From: Promethearchaeota archaeon
Lineage (GTDB): Archaea; Asgardarchaeota; Lokiarchaeia; Sigyniarchaeales; SOKP01
Reading direction: 5' to 3'
DNA length: 64,000 bases
NCBI GenBank assembly: GCA_020343655.1
Contig: CP070805.1
Location: 1,955,145 to 2,019,144, forward strand
Shown here: piece by piece, positions 50,055-58,885 of the stretch
Layout: each line of letters opens with the position of its first letter
Numbering within the stretch: the stretch's first letter is position 1
Program-made: the position numbers and the translations under genes
Notes under the pieces: generated by a model
What the model saw: the letters and a program-made list of their open reading frames with translations, nothing else
Databases searched by the model: none
Told to the model about the DNA's origin: nothing

Positions 50055-50082
50055 TTAAAAAAGGCGGATATACCTTTTTTAA
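50055..50082. terminator. Hairpin with A/T-tract arms, possible terminator
   Basis: TTAAAAAAGG-CGGATATA-CCTTTTTTAA, perfect 10-bp stem about 25 bp downstream of the 50107..50310 stop. Confidence 0.5.
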
Positions 50083-50106
50083 CTTAAAACATTTCATAAA
50101 AATATT

Positions 50107-50310
50107 TTAAAATCGAAAAGGCTCTGGAGGAGGTCCTGGTGGACCCGGCGGTCCTGGAGGGTGTATAGGGCTGGGTTTTGGTGATGGAGGAGATGGAAAC
50201 CGCCCGAATTTGTTTTCTAAACTTGACAAACGTTCTTCAATTCTATCTAACCTTTCTTCAATTCTTTTTATTCGCTTTAAAATATTCGGATCTTCTATTG
50301 TCATATGCAA
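50107..50310 (-). CDS. Small coiled-coil plus polyproline/(GPP)3 protein
   Basis: RIKRIEERLDRIEERLSSLE then PSPPSPKPSPIHPPGPPGPPGPPPEPFRF; likely start ATG 50304. Confidence 0.75.
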   Translation of the reverse strand: MHMTIEDPNILKRIKRIEERLDRIEERLSSLENKFGRFPSPPSPKPSPIHPPGPPGPPGPPPEPFRF

Positions 50311-50493
50311 TTAAATTATCAATTAATTTTGAATAAATTCCAATTTCTAACATTAAATTCTTATTTATAAAATTTTACTTATTATTATTCTTAATATATA
50401 CTAAAATAGTTAATATTTGTATTTTTATATTTTTTTAGTCTAAGTCCAAAAAAAAAGTATATATTTATATATCTTGGTTTATACTTTTTTATT

Positions 50494-51594
50494 ATGGAAA
50501 GCTGGAATATTTCAAAAAAATTAAAGACTGAATTATTAAAAAAATCTAGCAATATCGAAGACAATAGCAGGAGAATATTATTCATTCTTAGAAATTTGGG
50601 TCCTCAAAGATTTACAAATTTAGTGAGATATTCGAATTTAAGTAGATCCACCGTTTCCAAATATCTTACTCTTCATAGAAAAAATAAAAATATAGAACAA
50701 AGGTTAATAACAGACAGAAAAACAAACAAGCAGTATAGGAATTATGTAATTACTGAAAAAGGAATAGAAAAACTCGGAGAAGAACCTTTAAAACTAAAAG
50801 ATGAGTTATTTATTGTTAATGAGTTAAAGGAAAATGTCAGGAAACTCGAGGATTTAATAGATTTTTATAAAGAAATAAATGTAGAAGATGCCTTCATAAT
50901 TCAAATCGTAAGGATCATTTCTAAAATAGGAGATAATTTTTTTGAATTACAACAAGATAGAGATCTTTATTTATCCCTTTTTTACATTTTTTATAACTCA
51001 ATTTTAGGACAGGGAGCTTTTGCAAGAAAGTATTGGCGTTTTGATGAATCAAGTTCTCAAAAATTTGGTGGTTACAAATTGAATATAGACCAATATTGTG
51101 AAGTTTATAATGTTTCAAGAGAGGCAATTAATTATTTAGCGAGGTCTAAACTAATTAAGAATGATTTTGGATTTTATTTAATTAAACGTGAAAAGAATGA
51201 TTTTTTCTTTCATGAGGAGGATTTATTAGGGACAACAACACTCAGACTCATCAAAGATAAATTAATAGATGAGATAATTAATCTCCAAGAAGGTATCTAT
51301 GAAATGATTTATGATCTGGATATTATAGCTGATGAAATAACTAGCCAGTTAAAAGAAATGGGTTTAATATGGGATGCCATTCAAGAACAATTTCAATTAT
51401 TGGTTTTAAACCTAATTATCAAGAATGCTATAGAAATGGGTTTTTTAGATATAGAACGAGAAAAATTAATGGAAGGAGTTGCAAAATCACAAAAATTACC
51501 TATGTCACTAGAAGGTAAAATGCTCCAGGAAGCCATTTTAAATAGTTCAAAATTAGAGTTAAATTTTAACATATTAACTTCTACATTTTCTTAA
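50494..51594 (+). CDS. Winged-helix (ArsR/MarR-like) protein with large helical C-terminal domain
   Basis: GPQRFTNLVRYSNLSRSTVSKYL...YVITEKG. Confidence 0.72.
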   Translation: MESWNISKKLKTELLKKSSNIEDNSRRILFILRNLGPQRFTNLVRYSNLSRSTVSKYLTLHRKNKNIEQRLITDRKTNKQYRNYVITEKGIEKLGEEPLKLKDELFIVNELKENVRKLEDLIDFYKEINVEDAFIIQIVRIISKIGDNFFELQQDRDLYLSLFYIFYNSILGQGAFARKYWRFDESSSQKFGGYKLNIDQYCEVYNVSREAINYLARSKLIKNDFGFYLIKREKNDFFFHEEDLLGTTTLRLIKDKLIDEIINLQEGIYEMIYDLDIIADEITSQLKEMGLIWDAIQEQFQLLVLNLIIKNAIEMGFLDIEREKLMEGVAKSQKLPMSLEGKMLQEAILNSSKLELNFNILTSTFS

Positions 51595-51693
51595 AAGAAT
51601 TTTGAGTAGTTGAAAAAATAGAGGTTTTAATATACCTAAAAAAGAATTATTATTGCATTAGTTCTTTTGAAAAAATCCCTCATCATTTAAACT

Positions 51694-53226
51694 ATGCTTG
51701 AAATTCAATTTTTTTTTTTATCAATAATCCTAATCTGTGTTTTATATATAAGCATTAGAACTACAAATAGAATAAAAGAATTTATAATAAACAAATATTT
51801 AAAACTAAAATTAGAAAACAGGAGAACTAATATTTATGTAAATAATAGATTATTTCGACAGTGTATGTACCTCTTGTTAAATATTCCTGTTAATAGAGTA
51901 GAGGATTATGATGAGATTGAATCGATTGATGAAGCTGTTGAAATATTGGATAGATCTATGGAAAGAAATCCAGCTATTAGGGGAAAGGTTTCTCCTGAAG
52001 AAGAGTTCTTAGGACATTGTTCAAATTTACAAGCTTGGGAGGATAATGGATATGACACACGGATCTTACATAGAAATTTAGCTTTCCCATTACTCAAAAA
52101 ACTTACTGATGTAGGAGATCCAATTGCTAAAAGGAAGTTTAAGGAAGAGATAGCTATTAGATATGCGAGTGGACACCCAACAGTAATGAGGTTTTTAATA
52201 CAGAATGGGTATTTAAAATATCTAAGTGATGAAGAATTTGAAACTATTTTAGATGATATAAAATCTCCATTGTTTGATGAAATTAGCGGGCAAATAGAAA
52301 AAAACCTAAAACACAGCTTAAATCAGGATGCAATTAAAAATATTAACTTGCAAATCACAAAATTATTTAGATTTTTTCGTTTCAACAGGAATTATATGTT
52401 TTTATTTCAAATTGTAAAGAGAATCTCAAGAGGATATAGACAAAGATTTGTAGAGATAGTTTTGAATAGATTTCGCAATACCTATAGATTTCCTATGGTT
52501 CAATTTATGGAATATCTGTTAAATAATTTTGAAGATATAAAAATTGAATATGTGAAATATAATGGAAGGATTATCGGTTTTTTAAACAATGAAATTTTAA
52601 TTTTGAAAAAGAAGAACATTAGAGATATTGACAGTATAGAAGGCATAAGAGATTTTTCTGATAAAATTATAGAACTAGATTTGAGTTATAATAATATTTC
52701 AGAAATAAAAGGGCTTGAAAATTTAAAAAATTTAAGAAAATTAAATTTGAGAAACAATCTAATAACTCAGATTAAAGGTATAGATCTTTTAAAAAAATTA
52801 GAATATATAGACTTATCAGGAAATATCAATATCTCCGAAATACCTGATATTTTAAATGATTTGCCAGATTTGAAAACCATTAAATTATCTGGTTGCAGAA
52901 TAAATAAGTTTTCTGATGCTGTATCAAAGTTTTTTTGGATGGGAGATAATTATAGATGTTATACAAAATACATAATTGAAGATATTGAGTATTATGAAAA
53001 ACATCATAAAGGAAAAGCAAAATCAAATAATAAATTGTACAAAAATTTTGTAAAATGGCTCTTTAAATTGAGTTCATTACGAAAGGAATATAAATTCTCA
53101 TATAGAGATATTAAAAGCTTTGAATCTGAAACTGATCTAAAAGCAATCTGGTCTGGTAAGCTAAGTGTTGCATTTAAAAAATGGCTTATTGATAAAAAGC
53201 AAAAAAAAATTACTTCTTTTATTTAA
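51694..53226 (+). CDS. Leucine-rich repeat protein with uncharacterised N-terminal domain
   Basis: SDS22-like LRRs LDLSYNNISEIKGLENLKNLRKLNLRNNLITQIKGI; N-terminal EEEFLGHCSNLQAW..YDTRILHRNLAFPLL block. Start uncertain. Confidence 0.85.
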   Translation: MLEIQFFFLSIILICVLYISIRTTNRIKEFIINKYLKLKLENRRTNIYVNNRLFRQCMYLLLNIPVNRVEDYDEIESIDEAVEILDRSMERNPAIRGKVSPEEEFLGHCSNLQAWEDNGYDTRILHRNLAFPLLKKLTDVGDPIAKRKFKEEIAIRYASGHPTVMRFLIQNGYLKYLSDEEFETILDDIKSPLFDEISGQIEKNLKHSLNQDAIKNINLQITKLFRFFRFNRNYMFLFQIVKRISRGYRQRFVEIVLNRFRNTYRFPMVQFMEYLLNNFEDIKIEYVKYNGRIIGFLNNEILILKKKNIRDIDSIEGIRDFSDKIIELDLSYNNISEIKGLENLKNLRKLNLRNNLITQIKGIDLLKKLEYIDLSGNINISEIPDILNDLPDLKTIKLSGCRINKFSDAVSKFFWMGDNYRCYTKYIIEDIEYYEKHHKGKAKSNNKLYKNFVKWLFKLSSLRKEYKFSYRDIKSFESETDLKAIWSGKLSVAFKKWLIDKKQKKITSFI

Positions 53227-53251
53227 AATAGTAGATCAAATTACTTTTTTT

Positions 53252-54196
53252 TTAAGAAAAATCTAGCATCTTCTCAATAGGTTTTAAAGCTTTTTTTGCT
53301 ATCTCAAGGGGTACTTTAACTTCAAAAGCTTTATCATCTAAATTTTCTAAAAGATATTTTATTAGTTCTAAGTTATGTTTCTTCATATTATAGCATACTA
53401 ACTTATCTTTTGCTAAGTAAAAACTCTTTTCTGGAAAATCCTGGGCCATACGTTCTAATAATCCTACTTCTGTCCCTATTATGAACTCTTTTTCTTCAGA
53501 AGAACTATCTCTAACATAATTATACATTCGTGAAGTGGAACCTACATAATTTGCTAACTCTCTTACTCCTCTAATACATTCGGGATGAACAATAAGTTTT
53601 GCTTTAGGATATTTTTCTTTAACAGTTTTTATATCCTCTATAGTAATCTGAGAGTGCACGTAACAATGCCCAGATTCAGGCATATTAATACAATTAATTC
53701 CCGAGATTTGTTCGGTGTAATCTGCTAAGTTAGCATCTGGTCCAAATAATACTGAATCAACCTCAAATTCGTTACTAATTTTTTTCACTATTTCAACTGC
53801 ATTAGCAGATGTGCAACAAATATCCGATTCAGCTTTAACAGCGGCAGTTGAATTGACATATATAACAGCAGGTAATCCTGGATTATTTCTTTTAAACTCT
53901 TTGACCATTTCAGGAGTAAGAAATGCTGCCATTGGACAACATGATTCATAATTAGGTATTAAAACATGCTTGTCTTGATTTAGTATTGAGGCGGTTTCTG
54001 CCATGAAGTCTACTCCTGCAAATATAATATATTCTGTATTTGCTTTTTCTTTTGCTGTTCGAGATAATCCAAGAGAATCACCTATAAAGTCAGCTATTTC
54101 CTGTATTTCGATGGATTGATAATAATGAGCAAGTACTAATACATCATTTTGATTTTTTAAGTTCAAAATATCTTCTTGTAATTGCTTAACAGTCAT
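53252..54196 (-). CDS. nadA: Quinolinate synthase
   Basis: LAHYYQ, GDSLGL, GVDFMAE, CPMA, YVNS, CTSANA, CYVH, HPEC, GST, CYNM. Confidence 0.96.
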   Translation of the reverse strand: MTVKQLQEDILNLKNQNDVLVLAHYYQSIEIQEIADFIGDSLGLSRTAKEKANTEYIIFAGVDFMAETASILNQDKHVLIPNYESCCPMAAFLTPEMVKEFKRNNPGLPAVIYVNSTAAVKAESDICCTSANAVEIVKKISNEFEVDSVLFGPDANLADYTEQISGINCINMPESGHCYVHSQITIEDIKTVKEKYPKAKLIVHPECIRGVRELANYVGSTSRMYNYVRDSSSEEKEFIIGTEVGLLERMAQDFPEKSFYLAKDKLVCYNMKKHNLELIKYLLENLDDKAFEVKVPLEIAKKALKPIEKMLDFS

Positions 54197-54352
54197 TTTT
54201 ACAAAAAGGAAATAGTGTTTCTTATAAAATAAAAAGATTTTAGTAAAAATAAGTTGTTGGTTTATAAAAATTAAAACGCTTTATTTATTGATTTTATAAA
54301 AAAGAATAAAAAAATTTTTGGAATGAAAGAAGAACACAGTCTCAAATTAAAA

Positions 54353-57300
54353 TTAATCCTCACTCATGCATTTTTTTAATATTAAATTATAGAGTTGAAC
54401 TACATTCTTCTCGAAATCCATTAAATCGAATTTAAGTCCCAACCTTGGTTTAAGAAGTGGGGGGATATGATCTTGATCTAAAAATACAGGAATTATAGAT
54501 TTGCCCATCATATCCGCTGTAGTCCATTCCTTATCAACCGGTATAGAATTTAAAGCATTTTCAGAACAAAATAAGATCATTGCATTACATCTTCCAAGAT
54601 TATTACTCATATAGAGTATAATATTATCTTTCACATGTTCTCCCCAATATAATACCTCCTTAATTTCGTCGTATGCGCTTAATCTCTTTGCTAATTCCTC
54701 TATTTTAAACAATTCAGCATCTGCTGTAGCATAACTTATAAATATTACTAAATCCTCTATTTTCTGAGCAGTCTTTGGTCTTTTTTCTCTCAATGGATAA
54801 TTTCTAAATTCAGTGATAAAACCTCCATCCTTTAGAAACTTACCAATCTTTTTTGCAGTTTTAAAATCATATCCTAATCCTATTATTAAATGATATAAGG
54901 AGGGCTTAATGGATTCTTTTAATATTTTCGTCCCTAATGCCTCTAAATTATTAATGTCAGACTCATCATACGGTATAGGTTGTTTTAATAAATTTTCATA
55001 ATATTCTGTGTCTGAGATTTCTATATTAAGTTGGTTAACCATCTCAGCTTTAGTGATATCTCTCTGATTTTCAAACTCAAATTCTAGAATCTTTTTAACA
55101 ATCTTTAGAGTTTCTTTCGGGTCCCTTAAATTCTTCAGTTTTTCAAAAGCAATCTCTTTAATTTCTTCAAAATTAAACAACTCAGCGGATTCTAGAACAT
55201 AATTTAGCTGTTCAATAGCTTCTGAATATTCATTATTAACAATTAACTGTTCTACACTTGATAATTTTTTTCGTAGTTCTTTTAGAAGTTCTGCTTGTTC
55301 TTCTATTAATAAATCCCATATTAAAACATCGCCAGAATTGTATCCTGCAATTATTTGGTCTCTATTGGGAATAAATTTTGCTGAATTAATTTTTGATAAG
55401 TAATAATAAGATGTTTGATGCTTCTCCATAAAATCCCATAATCTAACAAAATTATCTGCTGTTCCACAAGCCACATATAATCCATCAGTTGAAAATGTGA
55501 CTGATGTAACTGGGCTATTTATTTTTTCAAATGTATAATCTAACTCACCAGTTTCAAACTTCCATATTTTAACAGTTTGATCCTTAGAACCACTTGCAAT
55601 ATATTGCCCATCTGGAGAAAACTCAATTGAAGTTACAACATCATTATGGCCCTCAAGAGTGCGAATTTGCTTTCCCTTCTTCATACTCCATATTTTAATA
55701 GTAGTATCTTCTGAACCAGTTGCTATATATTCCCCATTTGATGTAATATCGACTGATGTTATTGCTTTTGAGTGTCCTTTTAATTTTTTCTTTAAGTTAC
55801 CTGTATGTGTCTCCCAAATTATAGCAGTATTATCTTTCGAACCACTAACAATATAATCTTTATCAGGAGATGCTGCTACAGAAGTCACAGCTTGATCATG
55901 GCCACTAAGTGTCCACAATATTTCACCACTTTCAATTTCCCATATTTTTAATGTATTGTCATAAGAACCACTAACAACAAATTTTCCTCCTGGTGAAAAT
56001 GCCACAGAACTGATAATATCTGTATGGCCCTTTAGAGTTTTGATCAAATTTCCATTTGAGAGATCCCACACTATTAAAGACTTATTTGATAAACCGCTCA
56101 CAGCATATTTTCCATTTGATGAAACTGCTACGGAATTCACATTTTCAGAATGACCTTTAATATATTTGAATACACCACCAAAATCAAGTGCCCAAATCTT
56201 TAGTGAGCCGTCCTGAGAACCGCTTATAGCATATTTCCCATCTGGAGTTATTCCTACAGATGATACTTTATCTGAATGACCTTCAAAAGTCTGGATAAGC
56301 TCATACTTATTATCCCACACTTTTAGTGTTTGATCATTTGAAGAACTAATAAAACAATTACCTATTGGAGAAAAAGAAACACCTGAGACAATATCAGAAT
56401 GTTGTTCAAGACTATCTATTAAATCTCCTGTATAGAAATCCCAGATTTTTATAGATTTATCATCAGAACTACTGCAGATATTTGCTCCATTTGGGGAAAT
56501 TGCTAATGATAATATATTTCCTTTATGACCACTAAGATCTTTAATTACTTCCTTTGAATTGAAATCCCATATCTTTATGTGTTTATCTTCGGCACCGGTT
56601 ACAAAATATCTCCCATTAGGTGTGAATTTTATTGAGGTTATGGGGCCCTTATGAACTTTTGATTCCCATATGAAATCATTATTCTGAAGGTCCCAGATTT
56701 TTAGTGTGCTATTGTTTAAGCCCATAACTATTTGTTTATCGCTAGGAGTAAATGTTAATGAATTTACAATCTGTCCTATTTTATCTAAAGTTACTATTGG
56801 TTTTGTATTTATAAGATCCCATATGATTACTTTCTTATCTAAAGAACTGCTAACAAGATAATTACCATCGGAAGAAAAAGCAATTGCATTAATAGGTTTT
56901 TTATAGTCTGTAAGAGTTCTTATCAAATTTAAACTCTTAAAATCCCATATTTTAAGTGTTTTGTCGTTTGACCCTGTTCCAATAAAATCTCCATTCTGAG
57001 AAATTGATAAAACGTTTATCCCATCTGTATGAGCATTTATGGTTTGCTCTAATCTACCTTCCATAAACTCCCAAACCATCAAATCATTATCTGTAGAACC
57101 TGTGATTATATATTTACTATCAGGAGAAAAAGCAATTGATAATACAATACCAGTATACTTTCTTAATGTCCTAATGATTTTACCTGTTGATAAATCCCAA
57201 AATTTAATAGTTTTATCATCAGAACCACTTGCTAATAACTTTCCATTTGGTGATATTGCTACAGATCGAACAATTTCTGAATGACCTTCAAGGATAGAAA

Positions 57301-58027
57301 TAATTTTAGACTTCGTTAAGTCCCATATTCTTATTGCATTATCATTTGATCCACTAGCCATAAACTTCCCATCAGGAGAAACTGCTAAAGAAGTTATAGC
57401 ACCAGAATGCCCTTTAAGAGTACGTTCGAATTTTTCTTTCTTTAAATTCCATATATTGATGGTTCCATCATCTGTTCCGCAAACTAAGTATTCTCCGTCA
57501 TTGAATAAAGCAATTGAGGTTACACCACTTTTATGTTGAAAAGTGTGCACAGGTTTTGCGCCCAAGATATCCCATATGATAACCCTTTTATCCATAGAAC
57601 CGCTTATAATATACTTCCCACCAGGAGGGACTACTAATGAGGTAATTGAATCGGTATGTTCTTTAAATTCATTAATAAAATTACCTCGTCTTGTTCCCCA
57701 TATTTTTATCGAATTATCAGTAGAACCGCTAAAAATATAATTATCATCTAATGAAATTGCTACTGATAATATTGACTGACTATGAGCTTCTATTGTTCTT
57801 AAAAGATTTCCTGTTGAAAAATCCCAAATTTTTAAAGTTTTATCTTCTGATCCGCTAATAATATAATCGCCTTTATTAGTAATAGCAACCTGATTTACGC
57901 TACTAGTATGACCAAAACTTTGAGCCATATGAAAAGCTTTTGCGAGTCCTTTCCTTTTAGGATATAAATGTTGGGGATATTCAAAACTGTCTTTAATTCT
58001 TTTTTTCTGGAACTCAACTTGCACCAA
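54353..58027 (-). CDS. WD40-repeat (21 repeats) protein with C-terminal TIR domain
   Basis: 21 countable GH..SGS.D..IKIWD-type repeats, helical linker, TIR IFISYATAD...LFCSENALNSIPVDKEW...IIPVF..IPPLL. Confidence 0.93.
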   Translation of the reverse strand: MVQVEFQKKRIKDSFEYPQHLYPKRKGLAKAFHMAQSFGHTSSVNQVAITNKGDYIISGSEDKTLKIWDFSTGNLLRTIEAHSQSILSVAISLDDNYIFSGSTDNSIKIWGTRRGNFINEFKEHTDSITSLVVPPGGKYIISGSMDKRVIIWDILGAKPVHTFQHKSGVTSIALFNDGEYLVCGTDDGTINIWNLKKEKFERTLKGHSGAITSLAVSPDGKFMASGSNDNAIRIWDLTKSKIISILEGHSEIVRSVAISPNGKLLASGSDDKTIKFWDLSTGKIIRTLRKYTGIVLSIAFSPDSKYIITGSTDNDLMVWEFMEGRLEQTINAHTDGINVLSISQNGDFIGTGSNDKTLKIWDFKSLNLIRTLTDYKKPINAIAFSSDGNYLVSSSLDKKVIIWDLINTKPIVTLDKIGQIVNSLTFTPSDKQIVMGLNNSTLKIWDLQNNDFIWESKVHKGPITSIKFTPNGRYFVTGAEDKHIKIWDFNSKEVIKDLSGHKGNILSLAISPNGANICSSSDDKSIKIWDFYTGDLIDSLEQHSDIVSGVSFSPIGNCFISSSNDQTLKVWDNKYELIQTFEGHSDKVSSVGITPDGKYAISGSQDGSLKIWALDFGGVFKYIKGHSENVNSVAVSSNGKYAVSGLSNKSLIVWDLSNGNLIKTLKGHTDIISSVAFSPGGKFVVSGSYDNTLKIWEIESGEILWTLSGHDQAVTSVAASPDKDYIVSGSKDNTAIIWETHTGNLKKKLKGHSKAITSVDITSNGEYIATGSEDTTIKIWSMKKGKQIRTLEGHNDVVTSIEFSPDGQYIASGSKDQTVKIWKFETGELDYTFEKINSPVTSVTFSTDGLYVACGTADNFVRLWDFMEKHQTSYYYLSKINSAKFIPNRDQIIAGYNSGDVLIWDLLIEEQAELLKELRKKLSSVEQLIVNNEYSEAIEQLNYVLESAELFNFEEIKEIAFEKLKNLRDPKETLKIVKKILEFEFENQRDITKAEMVNQLNIEISDTEYYENLLKQPIPYDESDINNLEALGTKILKESIKPSLYHLIIGLGYDFKTAKKIGKFLKDGGFITEFRNYPLREKRPKTAQKIEDLVIFISYATADAELFKIEELAKRLSAYDEIKEVLYWGEHVKDNIILYMSNNLGRCNAMILFCSENALNSIPVDKEWTTADMMGKSIIPVFLDQDHIPPLLKPRLGLKFDLMDFEKNVVQLYNLILKKCMSED

Positions 58028-58283
58028 AAATCACATTTTATTTGTCATTGAATTAACAATTTCTTCAGATCTTAATAAAATAAAATTCAATATAAATATT
58101 TGGACAATATTGTTTTAGACATAATGGTAGAATTAGAATACTTTATGAAGATATTAGAAAACCATTTTCTTAAAAGCGAGTAAAGATGGAAATTTACAGA
58201 TCTGATACCTACTTTAAAAATGAGAATTTAATTAACAAAAAAAATATTATTTAGAATTTATGTTATTATTGTCTTTATTTAAA

Positions 58284-58703
58284 TTAATCAAATCTCTTAC
58301 GTGTAATTATTAAGTATATAATTCCAAACACTCCCATACAAAATGCAAGTATAATAATATAATTTGGCCAATAAGCAAAATCAAATATACCTGGATTTAT
58401 TATCCAACTTAATATTGCATTAATTGTAATCACAACCATTAAGCTTAGAAGTACTAGTGCTTGTCCCATTGCCCACTCTGCTTCTTTAAACAATCCTATT
58501 CCCGATATCAAACACCAGATGCCTAAAACTATTGAGAGGAGCCATTGTCCACCAATACCAATTACTGGATCCCAACCTGGAGGAACTAATATTCCGATCA
58601 CTGGCAAGAACTCAAGAATTCCCTTGAAAATGAAAACTGCTCCTAAAGCGATTAATAAAATATTAAAAAGCCCACTTGATCCTTTTACTTTACTTGTACT
58701 CAT
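58284..58703 (-). CDS. Small 4TM membrane protein
   Basis: Four hydrophobic segments; GIGLFKEAEWA loop. Confidence 0.75.
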   Translation of the reverse strand: MSTSKVKGSSGLFNILLIALGAVFIFKGILEFLPVIGILVPPGWDPVIGIGGQWLLSIVLGIWCLISGIGLFKEAEWAMGQALVLLSLMVVITINAILSWIINPGIFDFAYWPNYIIILAFCMGVFGIIYLIITRKRFD

Positions 58704-58885
58704 TTTAAATTTACCCTCTAATTATTGATAAAAATTGAATTTAATTATTAAAAAATTGTTATATAAATATTTAAAGATTTATCTTTACTTCAAAACAAAT
58801 AGAAATCGATATTATTTTTATCTGTTTTTATATAGAAATAATGTAAAAATAAAAAGAAAAAATAAATAAAAAAATTATATTTTTT

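Noticed and set aside
55300-57920. 126-bp periodicity suggesting a DNA repeat array
   Set aside because: Fully explained by diverged WD40 coding repeats.
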